Positions 45,420-59,100 of a DNA stretch of 64,000 nt are shown here, in pieces. Source of the stretch: a virus; IMG/VR virus record IMGVR_UViG_3300025131_000005; one strand, 5' to 3'. The stretch's first letter is position 1; every line of letters starts with the position of its first letter. Under the pieces are notes generated by a model that was not told the origin of the DNA, searched no databases, and was given only the letters and a program-made list of their open reading frames with translations. Position numbers and translations under genes: made by a program.

Positions 45420-46056
45420 AGAAGCAATAATAGAATATGCTTTAACAGATTCTCGAAAAATTCGCACAGATCTTTATGTGAATTTTATTGGACCGGCTTT
45501 TGATGAAATGGTGGATAAAATTGTATACACTTATAAGTTTACTACTCTTCCAAATATTGATTATTTGAAAGATGATTGCAAGATTTGGCTTACAACGATA
45601 TTGGATAAGTACGACCCCAATAGGAAATCTAAAGCTTTTTCATATTTTAGTGTTATAACAAAAAACTGGTTTATCCACAAAGTAAAGAAAAATTCTAAAA
45701 AACTTCAAAGAGAATATTGCATAGATGATTTTAAAGCCGATAGTGCTAACGAGAACTTAGTTGTAGAGAATGATTATCTTGAGAGAAGAGAACAAGCGGA
45801 ATTTTTAGGTTTTTTATTTCAAGAGATAGAAAGATGGGAAGAATTTGATCTTAAAGAAAATGAAAGAAAAGTATTAGAATCAATTAAGATATTATTTGAG
45901 TCCGCAGATGACATTGATATTTTTAACAAAAAAGCTATTTACTTATACATTCGGGAAATTACAGGTTTAAACACTAAACAAGTTGTTAACAACCTGAATA
46001 AGATTCGACTTAAATATAGGGCTTTTAAAAATCGATGGGAAAAGGACGAACTATAA
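45340..46056 (+). CDS. T4 gp55-like late sigma factor
   Basis: YFT..HEEAI; DKYDPNRKSKAFSYFSVITKNWF resembles gp55 region 2; C-terminal helix-turn-helix-like YLYIREITG. Confidence 0.65.
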   Translation: MIMIEQKTKKSRSTTRKKNQYFTKVHEEAIIEYALTDSRKIRTDLYVNFIGPAFDEMVDKIVYTYKFTTLPNIDYLKDDCKIWLTTILDKYDPNRKSKAFSYFSVITKNWFIHKVKKNSKKLQREYCIDDFKADSANENLVVENDYLERREQAEFLGFLFQEIERWEEFDLKENERKVLESIKILFESADDIDIFNKKAIYLYIREITGLNTKQVVNNLNKIRLKYRAFKNRWEKDEL

Positions 46057-46343
46057 AAAATGTTGATTCTCTTATAGAAGAATCATTAGAAAATATAAGA
46101 GAAGATCGGGCAATGGCTTCTACTCTTTTGATTGATTTGATGGCACACCTCAAGGGTGATAAACTTCAACATCAATTGACGGGACAGGTAGCGGCAAAAT
46201 ATTTAGAGACTCTGCAGCGTTCAAATGAACAGATGGTTAAAATAAGTGCTCTTCTACATAAAAAGAATTCTGTGTCTTCTGGTTTATCAGAGATGGATAA
46301 AAATGAGATTTATGATATTATAGGAAAAGAACAAGATGGCTGA
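46035..46343 (+). CDS. Small helical protein (small-terminase-like possible)
   Basis: Amphipathic helices; weak resemblance only. Confidence 0.5.
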   Translation: MGKGRTIKNVDSLIEESLENIREDRAMASTLLIDLMAHLKGDKLQHQLTGQVAAKYLETLQRSNEQMVKISALLHKKNSVSSGLSEMDKNEIYDIIGKEQDG

Positions 46344-49200
46344 TAATATTCTCACTCAAAAAGGATTTGCATATGGGCAATTAAATGCCGTAGAGCGTAA
46401 AAAAGATAAGTTAATATATAATAATCTGATCGATCCTATCGATGTCCTTCGTGGAAATGTGCGCTCTGCTTTTTCAGCTGAGAGTGTGAAGGGTGTTACT
46501 CAATTTAAAGCAATCGTGCTGAGAATCGAGGAAGATGATTCTACTCCAAGTTTTTGGGATAATTTAACTAATTTTTTTGATTCCGAACCGTCCGAGTCAA
46601 AAATAGTAAAATTTAAAGGTATGATACCGGAGATTCATGGTTCGATATTACCTTCTCCTACCACTTTAGGTAACGAAAATAGTGTAGGTGCCGATGATTC
46701 CGCCATTGACAAATTTCCTACTTTCGCAGCTAAAACCACAAATATGCAAGTACCCAAAGTGGGAGACATTGTATGGGTTACTTTTGAGAATGTCGATAAT
46801 CTAGAGGGTGGTATTTACGCTGGCCCCACGGACACAGTATTACCTCCCAACCCAGGTGCTGCATCCAGCAAAGGTGCTGCTGGTTTCCACCCGTGTGGAA
46901 AATTATTGGCTAGTGGGGGCAAAGGTGGTTCGTTATCTACTGATGTTGCTAGAATAGTTGCTAATTTTCCTGATTTTAAAAATCACAGAACGCCGGTTGA
47001 TCCCATGAGAGATCGCGGTGAACTTCCTTTAGGTAAGGGACTTTTTACGAATATGTATGCAAATCTTAAAAATTTTCCAGTTGCTAAAGCGGTTGATATG
47101 GGATTAGACTGGATTGCTACTTTGGGAATGTGGCAAGGATCCGACAAGAAAGGTACCAAAACGGCACCTTTTGAAAAAGTTAAAGAAATGGTCGATGCTT
47201 ACCATAATGCCGGTATAAGAGTATATTTGTGGGGTTTTCCCCGTCTCGATAAAATTGATGAATGGGTGAATTATATGTTTGGTACAGCAAATGATGCAGG
47301 TTGTATTGGTGTTATATCGGATCCAGAAGCTGGTATGATTAATTATGGATCGATTGGATCATGGTCCATCCAGAAAAAGAGACAAAAAACACGTGAATTT
47401 ACTGATAAATGCAATGAATATGCGAATATGACGAAACTGTGCTATGGGGTGACTTCTTATGAGATTCCCGGATATCAGGCAGCCAAAAATTTTGCTTTTG
47501 CGGAATTGGCACCTGCCGATTTTGCTATTCCTCAATCATATCGTGCATATCCCCAATATGGTATAAAAAGAATGGTGGGGGGACTCAAATCTTATCATGA
47601 CGTCGGTTTCAAAAATATTCTAGCTATGAGTGGATTATATGGAAAAGAGTGGAAACCAGCCTATCCCCAATACAATAGCAATAAAAAACCTCCAGAGGAA
47701 GTTATAAAGAGAACTGGGTGGCTGTTGGGAGACGCAGCTCAAAAATATATTTCTTATCCAGATGCATTTATATATTGGAAATGGGTGAATCTGACTGTTA
47801 AGCAGCCTGCAGCATGGCCGCAGAATTTGATGACTACATTTACAAATATAAGTGAATATTTAAAATCCACTCCGGAGGTAGCTACTTCTACAGGAGGAGC
47901 CCTGAAGAAAATATCGGATGCATCCACCCAAGAGAAGACTGTTAAAAATGATAAAGTAACCTCTGACTTAAAGAAATCCGAAGGTGGGGGTACTGCTGAC
48001 GGCACTCAAGACTCTAATTGGGTTCTTGCCGACGCGTCCAAAACCGTTAAAGAAAAATCAGTAGAAGCTGACGTCGCAAAAGATCCAAATGCAAAACCCA
48101 AGCTATCTAAAGCTCAACAAGCAACGTTAGATGCTGCAAATCAGGATGTGGCAATTCAGAAAGCAAAAGTTGAAGAATTGGATGGGCAAATTGAAGGACT
48201 TGAGAGTACATCTTTAAAAGGGAGTCCGTCGCAAGCTGAAGCCAAGATTAAACGCGTCGAGCTTAAACAAGCACAGAAAAAGCTCATTGCAGCTGAAAAA
48301 ACTTTAAGGGCTCTTCAAAAGGAATATGGTATTAGGATTAATACAGCAGGCGCTAAGCCTCCCGCTGCTTCTGCTGCGCCATCTCAATATGGCGGCAAAT
48401 GCGCTAGAAATTCAGGCGGCGGAAGCTCCGGAGCAGCTCTTTCACAAACTTCTGGTATTGGCGACTTGCCCCCCTATCAATATGATAATACAGAAGTTTC
48501 CATTATTCCAGCTACTCCATGGATTCACAACAATCGCGTAAGGTGGGGAAATTACCCTATTGGCTCTTTAGATCCGAGTCTTATAGTTGATTGTTATAAT
48601 AGAAAGGTACACAAATTGGCGGCTAAAAGAATTATTATGTTGAATGAAGCGTGGGTCAAAGAAACAGGAAGAAAACCTTTTACAAGTTTGTCATGTGCAC
48701 TTGGTAGCGCTCCTGAAAAGCGTTATAGAAAACTTCTGTACAGTTGGGGAGATAAATTTCCGAGGGTTAAAGAAGCTAAACAACGAGGCGAACGAAGACT
48801 TCGAACTTTGTGGGATCTTATGTTAATAGACGAGTATAAGAGCGTGAAAGAAGGGTTAAAATGGAGAGCTTGGACCGGTCCTCACGAAACCGGGCTAGCC
48901 TTTGATTTTTATTATTTTGATGCGGCAACAAAAGTTTGGGTTCGGGCAATATCAAAAACTAACAAGGAGCAGAAACAAACACAATTTTACAAATGGGTAA
49001 AAAAGAATGCTCATAGATTTGGAATAGCTCCTTATAGAAAAGAAGCATGGCATTGGGAAGTTCAATTGACAAGAAAAGCTTGGTATACCGGAGAAGATTT
49101 TGTAACAGATGGAAATTATGCTGTAACTGTTCGTGAAAAAAGTACTAAAACCGGTTTATTAACCAGCGATAAAGCTTGGCGTGGGACATTGTTTGAATAA
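46336..49200 (+). CDS. Baseplate hub/tail-associated lysin: gp5-like OB-fold, GH25-like domain, coiled coil, M15 peptidase
   Basis: VPKVGDIVWVTF (gp5/VgrG OB); VYLWGF...ISDPE; PHETGLAFD and EAWHWE (VanY/M15). Confidence 0.7.
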   Translation: MADNILTQKGFAYGQLNAVERKKDKLIYNNLIDPIDVLRGNVRSAFSAESVKGVTQFKAIVLRIEEDDSTPSFWDNLTNFFDSEPSESKIVKFKGMIPEIHGSILPSPTTLGNENSVGADDSAIDKFPTFAAKTTNMQVPKVGDIVWVTFENVDNLEGGIYAGPTDTVLPPNPGAASSKGAAGFHPCGKLLASGGKGGSLSTDVARIVANFPDFKNHRTPVDPMRDRGELPLGKGLFTNMYANLKNFPVAKAVDMGLDWIATLGMWQGSDKKGTKTAPFEKVKEMVDAYHNAGIRVYLWGFPRLDKIDEWVNYMFGTANDAGCIGVISDPEAGMINYGSIGSWSIQKKRQKTREFTDKCNEYANMTKLCYGVTSYEIPGYQAAKNFAFAELAPADFAIPQSYRAYPQYGIKRMVGGLKSYHDVGFKNILAMSGLYGKEWKPAYPQYNSNKKPPEEVIKRTGWLLGDAAQKYISYPDAFIYWKWVNLTVKQPAAWPQNLMTTFTNISEYLKSTPEVATSTGGALKKISDASTQEKTVKNDKVTSDLKKSEGGGTADGTQDSNWVLADASKTVKEKSVEADVAKDPNAKPKLSKAQQATLDAANQDVAIQKAKVEELDGQIEGLESTSLKGSPSQAEAKIKRVELKQAQKKLIAAEKTLRALQKEYGIRINTAGAKPPAASAAPSQYGGKCARNSGGGSSGAALSQTSGIGDLPPYQYDNTEVSIIPATPWIHNNRVRWGNYPIGSLDPSLIVDCYNRKVHKLAAKRIIMLNEAWVKETGRKPFTSLSCALGSAPEKRYRKLLYSWGDKFPRVKEAKQRGERRLRTLWDLMLIDEYKSVKEGLKWRAWTGPHETGLAFDFYYFDAATKVWVRAISKTNKEQKQTQFYKWVKKNAHRFGIAPYRKEAWHWEVQLTRKAWYTGEDFVTDGNYAVTVREKSTKTGLLTSDKAWRGTLFE

Positions 49201-50123
49201 TGGGAAAGTTAGCTGTACAGTTAAAAGGATTAAGCAAATCCAAAATAAAATTTTTATCTGCGACCGCCAATACAACGGAAGGACGTGGAATCGCATGCGC
49301 GAGCCTTGTTGAGCCGCTCCCTAATTTCATAGCCGCTGAATGTGAGACAGTATACGAAGGAAAAAATAATACTTTTATAATTTTGGGTCGCGATAGACCT
49401 TCAACGAGGGATAGTGGTTACGGTGGTTTGGGAGATACTCAATCTGGAATGATTGATATAGTTGCCGGTCGAATAGGTTCAGAAGTTAGAGAAGTAAATG
49501 AAAATAATGAAAAAATATTTGTGGATCCTGACTTAAGGCGCGATGCTGCAAGGATTTTTATATCACAAAAGACAGATATCGATGAGTATTTTAAATTAGC
49601 TGATGGTTTAGTCGGAAACGCAGTTGCAAAATCTGCAATTGCTATAAAAGCAGATAATGTACGCCTTATTTCTCGCGAGGGTATGAAATTGGTCACAGGC
49701 ACCGATCCTATGAATTCACAAGGTGGTTCGGTAATGTCAGTGGGAGGTATCGACCTTATTGCTGGAAATAACGATAAAGATATGCAACCATTTGTAAAAG
49801 GTGATAATTTAACCGATTGCTTGCAAGAGGTAATAACCAAAATATCCCAATTAGATGGAACGTTGATTAATTTTATTAATTATCAACTTAGATTTAACTT
49901 TTCTGTTATGAATCATTATCATTATAGTCCATTTTTTGGTATACCTACGAGCATGGATATAGATATTATGCCTCAAGAAGGATTGGGACAGATAATAAAA
50001 ATGCTCACAAATTCAGTTCCAGCTCTGGTTAATCACAAAATGAATTTAAAGACTTTAGGACACAATTACTTGAAACTCACAGGTAAGAAATATATAAATT
50101 CTAGGTATAATAGCACAAATTAA
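49200..50123 (+). CDS. gp5 C-terminal spike (beta-helix)-like protein
   Basis: DAARIFISQKTDID, SAIAIKADNVRLISR, QPFVKGDNL; lies between the hub gene and gp25. Confidence 0.55.
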   Translation: MGKLAVQLKGLSKSKIKFLSATANTTEGRGIACASLVEPLPNFIAAECETVYEGKNNTFIILGRDRPSTRDSGYGGLGDTQSGMIDIVAGRIGSEVREVNENNEKIFVDPDLRRDAARIFISQKTDIDEYFKLADGLVGNAVAKSAIAIKADNVRLISREGMKLVTGTDPMNSQGGSVMSVGGIDLIAGNNDKDMQPFVKGDNLTDCLQEVITKISQLDGTLINFINYQLRFNFSVMNHYHYSPFFGIPTSMDIDIMPQEGLGQIIKMLTNSVPALVNHKMNLKTLGHNYLKLTGKKYINSRYNSTN

Positions 50124-50137
50124 CAAAAGAGATTTTT

Positions 50138-53100
50138 ATGGCAGATATTATAGGACTAACAGATGAGGGGCTTCTGACTTCTGACGCTTTTGATTTTTGG
50201 GATCAGCCAAAAGCTGCAGCTCTTTTTCAGAAAATCAGCGGGCCGCCACCAGATGGCGCTGGCGCACATGCTTATAATCCAGAAACCAGCCAACTTCTAA
50301 TTAGTGATTCCGCAGATTTTAATGAGATTTCTACTCTAACAATCCCATTAGATGAAGAAGGAAAAGTTAATGTATATTTGGGTATCGTGGAGGGCAACCA
50401 TACCGTTGAAGAGTCTTTATATGATAATGATGCTTTTAAAAATCCCGCTACTCACTCTCCTGCTTTCAAAAATAATGGATTTCTAACACTTTATTATTTG
50501 GTACGTACCACAGTCGATATGGGTGTACCCTTTAATACGGAAAATGTCTTAAAAAGCGTATTGGGGGATAAATATGAACAATTTACAACAACATCTATAA
50601 CTGATGCATCTTCTGCAACTCTAAGTTTTGAAATAGATATTTCAACAATTTCAGTGAATTTCGAGCCTATCGATGAACCGGACATCCCCGCACCTCGTAC
50701 AATCTCTCATTTGGATTTTGTAGCTTTCATCTCGAAATATCCACACGTATATACTTTGGGGCAAGATAGGATAAACGCCCTTCAATTGCTCACGGAGAAT
50801 GATGGTCCACCTAACAGCACTACCTTAATAACAGTAGAGTCCGACGAATTCAAACCATCAGAAGTCTCGCGCTGGCAACCTATTCAGAAATCCCAAGCTA
50901 CCCATTATGTATATTTTGGCACACCCGGTACTCCAGATGTAGATGATAAATATGCGACAATGCGAACTGGCTATATTAAAACAACCAACAATAATAGCTC
51001 TATAACGAAAAAACAGGATATTTTCGAAGCTAGTACTGGAAATTATGCGATTTTTAAGGGCGCACCCATAATAGGTCGTCTTCCAAATGGGGCACAGGTT
51101 CAAGTAGTAAGGGAGGGTTTTGGTAAAGGAGCTTTATTTTCTCAATTTAAACTCAAGTATTATCCAAAGAATCATGAACATACTTTTATAAAGTCAGGAT
51201 ATCCTAAATTTATTGACTCTCGTACTTTAATGCCATTTGGAAATGTTTCGGAGAAGACTAATGAAGAATTTGACTTTTTAACTATACCAAAAATTGAAGT
51301 ACCAGAACCTGATCCTAATTTTATAGAACCTGATTGGACTCAGAAAGATGATTGTGAACCATGGCTGAATGAAAAGACAAATGAATATTGTATTATGTAC
51401 GAACATCGAGGCAAAAATCTTCCTGGTACGTCTGACAAGGAGATGATTAGAAGGAAAGGAGTTATCAGGCTCTTGTCATACTACGACAAAAAAAGATCTC
51501 CTGGATTTGTTGACAAACTTCTTGAACTTAACAATGGTCTATTCGCCAGAATAGTTGAGGAATCTTCTAGTTCTAGAAAAGACAAAACTTATAAATTTCT
51601 AATAGGAATTCCTCGAACTTATTTTGAGCATCCATTTTTGGATGTTAATCCTTATCGTATTGATAATCCAAGCCTAGAGAAACTATCCACTGAACACAAG
51701 AAAATAGATTATTGGTGGGTGATTAAAACAAACAAGATAGAAAAATGGATCGATGATACAATAAGAGTTGTTTCTAGAGATTTCAAAAAACGACTTTCTA
51801 AAGCTAATTCGCAATTAGATCCAAAATTTATTGTCAATATGGAAGTGGAGAACTTAAAAAAATTCCTTCCTGCCTTAAAAGAATTTATGTTTCTTAATGA
51901 TGCAACATTGCAAACCGATAGAGCGGATGGTTTGATATTTGGTTTTGATTTCAGACATAGGCTTAAAATGGTGTTATATCAGCAGACAAATTATGAGCCA
52001 CCAAATAAGAAACTTGTTGTAATGTCGAAAAAGAAGAGTAAAAGTGGACGACAAAAAACACAAGAAGGTCCATCGCGCTATTTGGGCATAAGTCTTCCTT
52101 GTTTTCGTAATCCTAATAAAAATCCTGGTTGCTCCCCACGTACTCTTGCTTATTTGCGTTTTGGACAAGATATGCAATCAGCAGTAGAGTCTGACAAATA
52201 TCCTGGCTTAGAGCTTGTATTGAAGTATACAATAGGTCCAGAAATCAGCTTATTCCCTTCAGCACCGAAAAAACAAGAAGAAGGACTATCCTCCGAAGAA
52301 ATAAGTGATAAAGTACAAACCATATTTGATAACAAGCCAAAAAGTGGCGATAAAACAATTAAAACAGAAAAAGAGCTAAAAGAAGAAACTAAAAAATTAA
52401 TCAATCCCGCAAAAAGAGCGAAGACCTATAATAGCAGGAAAGATGTTAGAATAAATAATTTTGATACTGCATTATCTGAGATGGAAAAGATATTCGATGG
52501 CGCTGTTGATTCGAAAGGTTATTATAAGCGCATCCTTAATATAATTGATATTAAAAATCTTATTTCTGTTGCTTATACATGCTTAGGTAAAGTATTGCCT
52601 GTTAACGATCTTAAGGCACTTATTCGTAAAAATGTTTTAAAAACAATTGGTTATGAAAATCTTAAAGCTTTTGTAGAAATTCTTGCAGAGAAAAAGTATT
52701 TGGAAGAAGTGTGCCCGAACTTGATTCCCTTTGGTGTTGATCCTAACACCACCACCGCAGCTTCCGCTAATTTTGGAGAAGAAGGGACTCCTCCACCGGG
52801 GTTAACCGATACTAAAGTTAGTGAGGATGATGAAGAAGCTGCAGCGCCCAAAGGATTGATGGAGGTAGTAAACGATGCTATAAAAAGTATAGAGGATGAT
52901 TATCTTTGCTATTCTAATGGAGAAATAAAGTCTGCTTTGGGTCCGGATTTTTCTAAGTCAATTGAATCATTAGATAATATTCCCGCCGACTTAAAAAATG
53001 CAAATATTTATGCAGCTGCAAAGCAAGATGCTGATTTCAGAACAAAACAACAAGAAAAACTTTTGCAAGAATTAAATGTAAGATTAGTTGATAAATTAGA

Positions 53101-56100
53101 TCACGAAGGCGTCTTAAATTGTATACTGAAGATTTTGGATAAGTATCGTGATGAACTCGAAGAAACATTAATAGCAATTTTGTCACCGCCTGTTCCCGCT
53201 ATTCTTATTAGAAAGTTACTTCATCCTGAAGATTTTTTAAATGATATTCTGGGACAAATTCGTCTTTTCGATCCGGAAGGAACAATTCATCGTATTGAAA
53301 ATTATACTCCCACTTTCGAAATCCCAGAAGCTCCACGTGGGCATGATGATCCGCTGGCTCAACTTGATCGGGCTCTTGACCAAGCATTCTTATTAATTGC
53401 TAGTACCATAGGTGGTTTAGTAAAAACAGTAATAGATGAATTTTTAAAATTATGTGAGGGAGCGAATATTGTTGCAGCGATAGAATCACTTACAGAGAAA
53501 GATAATATAGAAAATTCTATAAAACCTGGCTTAGGCACACTACCAGAATCGACATTAGATATGTCACCATGGCAACTTAAAAAATTGAAGATTTTTGACC
53601 GAATTGGTTCTGCCCCATCTAGTCTTTCTGGTTTGCAATCTAATCACCCTGGTGAATTAAATATATATGACTTGCTAAGTGATCCGTCTATCGACGGAGA
53701 GATATTCTTCAATATTCTTGAAAAAATGGGCAAATTACCTACTAGTGAATTGATGGGTGAATCACTAAATTTGTTGGACGAATTGTCAAGAATTCTGAAA
53801 CCATCTGAAATTTGTTCTATAATGCTGGGTGAAGCAAATGAAGTAATTTACAAATTAATATTTAAAGTTATACAGGCTACTGATTTGGATGGAGTATCTC
53901 CATCCGGATATGTTTATCCAAATTTGAGAACAGTATTCGATTATACAACTGAAGTTAAGACATTTTTTCTTTTATTAGGAAGTTATATTGATTTGACATT
54001 TTGTTCGAGTGTTGTCTCCAATATCGGAGTTATTATAGGTTCTTGTGAAAGAAATCTGGAAGATGATTGGTATTGTGAACAATTAAAACAAAAAGGCTAT
54101 AGCGAAGAGGATTGCAAATCGATTTTAGCTAGTAAACTCAATAGAGATAGAAAACGCTTAGAACATTTGGGAGATTTGTTAATGGCTTCCGATATGACGG
54201 ATTTGCTTGGCATACCTCCACTCGTTTCGTCATTTGGGCGGAAAGGTATCATTTCTGAAACCCCTCCTTATGTACAAGAAATTACTGATAAAGCAACTGA
54301 TTCTCTATTAGACATGGCTCGCGCCCGATTTGATTTAGAATCTCGGGGATTAAAAGGTATCTTTGTCGACGAAGTTTTTATTGAAGGAGGCGATACAGAT
54401 CCAGAACATAAGAGAATGCCAGAAGAGGGACGGGACTATATAGGCGAAAGTTGGGCCGCCATCTACGGTCAAGTTATGTGTGGGGACAACTACTGCAACT
54501 CAAATGTACCTACATCCCACCCGGATGCTATGAAATATTATAATAATACTTGGGTCAGTAAAGGCTATAAAATCACGGATTCGTCCACATGGCCCCAGAG
54601 AGATATAACTGTAAGAAAAGTTGCTGAATCTTTAAAACTTAATTTATTATTAGATAATTCAAATATTCAAAGATATGGACCGGTGAATATATATCCGAAC
54701 CATTTTAATGGTATTGAGGAGAATGAGCATAATACAACTTTGGAAGCTTCAAATGTACCAGCAAAAGAACATTACACCATTATCAATTATCATAAAATGT
54801 TGGAAAGTCCGTTTGTCCGGTATAAAACAGTTCCCGCTATTGGCTATCATTCTATTTCTTGGGAGGAGCATGAGGCGTGGTATACATCACAAGATATCAC
54901 GTGGTATACAGATAACACCCCGGCTGGATTCAATGTTATCTCATCCACCGACCCATACGCATTTATGTCGATGGAGGCGTTCATGACAGAGACAACAGCA
55001 ATAATGGATTTTATTGGTTATGATTATGATAATTCTACTACTTTTAATGAGTCTTTTTTGAGATATGGTTATGAAGTGGTGGTACCGGTAATTTCTTCTG
55101 CGTCATTAGCTCCTCTTCAACAATTTAAGTCTAAATTTCCGAAGTCTACTGCTAAATTAATTGAGTTTGCATATCCGAAGTATATTCAAATCAAGGCACA
55201 GGATTTTATTACTAAAATTCCAGATCTTCCTATTCCTTTTGAAATTGCTACTAGCATAAGCAACTACCCAATTGATATTATGGAATTGCGTATATATGAT
55301 CGTTCGTCTGAATTTACTAATTTGAACACACAATTAGCGCAAAGCAGCGATGATACGGGAGATTATCCTACTTTTTCGATACCATTAGAAAATATCACAG
55401 GCGATCAAAATACAGTTAATCTCACTGAAGCCGCCGACCAACTTAGAGATGAAATATTGGGTAGCGATGAAGGGGTACTGGATATAACAGATATCGACAC
55501 AGCAAAAATTCTCAGTTATCAGCAATGGTTGTTTTCTGCTTTGTTTACCGATTCTTTCGGATCCCTTATTCATGAATTTGATGATATTGGCGATTCGACC
55601 ATAAATCGCAGAAGAAAATTTATGAAATCATGTATGAAAATATACGATTTAGCATTTACAAACGGAGTTACCAATATTTTAACTCAAGTGTCCACTTCGC
55701 CTATGTTCAATATTGATGTATTCGATAGATTGATTTTGTCTGGTAAAGCATCTTTGAGAGAGCTGGAGGATATTATATGCAATGAATTTAGTACTAGCGC
55801 ATCGACTCCTCCTACTTTAAGTGATTTACTAAACACTGATTCTCTTAAAGATTTAGCGCGCCTCATGACACGGGATCAAGAGTGTGTCGAAGGCGCATTT
55901 GAAAAGGCTTTAGAGAGAATTGCAGTACTGGCATATATCCGTGTGGTTTTATTAGAAAACATTCTCAGAGGACTATTAATTTTTACTGCGGTACGACCTG
56001 TAGATTTATTAAAAGATAATTTAATATTTTTAAAATATATGGTTTATTCCATTAAAAGCAGTACGATGAGACACTCAGATATCTATTTTGAGAAGATTCT

Positions 56101-59100
56101 TAATATATGTTTAGACATGGTGCTCTTCGATATAGGGTGTTCGTTTGGGAGTACACCGATTACCGTATTAGATAAAACTATAGTATTTGAAGATATTAAC
56201 GATATCTATGATTATGAAACAGATATTAAAGTTAACAAGAAATATAATTTACAGTGGGTGTTGGAAGACCCTGTTGGTAAAAATTACCTTCCAGAATTAA
56301 AGGAAACTTGTCTTATATACATTATACAACAACAAATTGAAGAAATCGATGGTCCTGTATCAGAGATTTTAAAAATTTCAGGAATTGATTATGAAAAGCT
56401 CGAACTTAAAAATGCAATATTGAGCATGCAGCGAGAAACTAATGGAAAATTATTAGAAGATTATTGGTATTCTGACTTACCTTTGAATCTGATTGATTAT
56501 GATTTTTATAAACCGAATAATCTTGTTTATGAAGAAGTCAAGTATAATGTCGATGTCCCCACCTATATAGAGGAGCTTTTTGGCGTTCCTTGGGAAGAAG
56601 ACGGTGAATCTGGGTTTTCAGGTCCATATGTTATGAACCCAGCTACGGAAGAAAATACATATTTTCCCGCTAAACTCTATCATACTTTTCCTCTTCTCCA
56701 TGAAGTTAATGAAGAAATAGACGAACAAGATCAACTAGGCTCTACTGTTGATATTAATATAGATGCTTTAGATTCCTTATTTGATCGTTATGAAGAATTA
56801 AATATTAATTGGGAAGAGGATTTAATAATTGGTGATAATAAAATTAATGCTGGCGCATTTCGAAGTTCTATACGAAAACAAAATCGATCAAATTTTTATA
56901 AAGAACCCCCCGCTACTAGTGTTCAAGGGAACCAAGACACACAGACAGAAACGGGCGTCCAGTACAGTTATATAACGTGGGCACAGTTAGCTACTTTTCT
57001 TGACCCCATTATCCAGACTGCAGCTGCAGAGGGTATAATAGAACCGCTGGAAGAGAATGATTGGGGTCCAGGAGGAGTTGGAGGTATGATATCGCTAACC
57101 AAATGGAGGGATCATCATTTCGGTGATTGGGGGACATTTGTGGCAGCATTCGGTTTAGCTTCTCTTGGTGCGGCTCCCTATGATTTTCCTCCACCCGACG
57201 AAACCCTCCCTGGAATAAAAATACCCACAGCGATTTGGGAGCAGAACAGTGGGGTATTATTTGCTAAAAATATAGGGGATCCGGATCCATCATTCGCTGA
57301 CGGTGATGATTTTATTGAACAATTATTGGGATATAATAAAGCATTCTCTAATAAATTAACTCCTTTGGGAGCCGCCACAAAAAATGGTGGATTTGTTATT
57401 CAGCGATATTTGAAGCTTAAATTAAATAAAAACAAAGAAACATTTCTATTTCATTTTACTGATGAAACTGGAGATGAATCATGGCTTAATTGGAAATTGG
57501 CTTTTAATTTCGGCTTCGATGGCGGCACCCAGTATAATATTAATCCCGCTAAATCAGTGCTATCATTAGAAGGGCTCGCGGATCCAAATGCTGAAGGAGG
57601 TGCACTTTTTTTATCACCCCAATCTCAAGAAATTTTCAATAGCGGAGCTACACAAATAGTATCAGATTATTATGAAGTATGGTACAGCCAAGGCCATTCA
57701 TATTTTAGTACCAAAGCACTTGATTATGCTATGCTTAATAGTGTTTTGTTTTCAATGATCCACCTTTCAGGGGAGAATATCACCGATTCTACTTTAGGAA
57801 CAGCATACGGTGATTTTATTACGGCTCCATGTATTACTGGAATCATCAATCCTCCGGATGAAGCGAACAGCGGCGGCGGCCCAGGTGGCGATGAAAGTGA
57901 GACAGAGTGGTGCGCGGAGTGGAGCGCCGACCCTACTTATGGTTTTTTTGATCATGTTAAAGCTGGTACATACGCTAATCGTCCTTTGTCAGATTGGTTT
58001 GAGGATATTACTATTGGGCAAAGATTGGTATATGTTTTTCCCCATGATTTAGATGTTACGAAATCTCCTCTTGATCAACTTCCTCCTGAAATTGCGGTGT
58101 TGGTCGAATCTGAAGGACTTTTTAATATTTTAGAGACAGAAGATACTTTGGTTCATGAACAAGAAGCAGTCCTTGAAAGTTGGCAAATTGTATCTGATGC
58201 GCAAGGCAATGGGGCAGATATTTTAAACACGACCTACGAGATGGGTCCGAATCATCCCGGCTCATTTGCTAAAATTTTAAGAAAGAATTTAACAGCTGAA
58301 GCTGAAGGTATCTATAGTGGCGACTCGGAAAATCCTTACAAATTTGGTACCGCAGGGGAATCTCTAAAAGAAGAAATGTTTTCCTCGCGCTATTTGCGTC
58401 AGCAAGAGATGGTTATAGAGCCCAATACAAGTAATATTGGACTAAAAAGGATTTATTCTTTACCAATAAAAGGATGCTTTGCAGAATATAGTGCCAAAGA
58501 GCTTCTCGACACAACTTATGGTCAGTTTGTTAAATATTACGCGGAAAAACAAGGAGAAATTGAAAAAATCCAAATCGAGGCAGGTGCTACCCCCGAAAAG
58601 CCCTACTCCTTTTGGACAGGTTTGCAAGATAAAGTTGCTTTAGAAAAGCTCTGTAAAGATTATGTTACACAAGATGTGTTAGAAGTACTTCTTGAAGAAC
58701 CGCCTCCGGGGACATACGGAACCCAGGAACAGCAGGACCTTTATAAAGATTGTTTAGGTAAAATAGCAATGATCAAAATGAAACAAATCCCAGGATTTGT
58801 TGATAATTTTTGCAAAATAACAGAAATGATTATGCCAAGTTCGTTAGGAGCCGACACTAAACTAGGAACTCTTGATGAGTATTTGACAGAACAACTTTTT
58901 AATACCGAAAAAGGAAAGCTATTAAGTAAATATATTCTTTCTGAAGATGTAATTAAAAATCTGGCCTTATTACACACCATTTTCTTTCCCGTTGAACCTG
59001 CTGTTGGGATGAATAATTTATTTGTTTCCACTAAAGAGCTTTTATATAATTTAGGAGATTCAGCTGGTCAATATATAGATGACTATTCTTATAACGGAAC

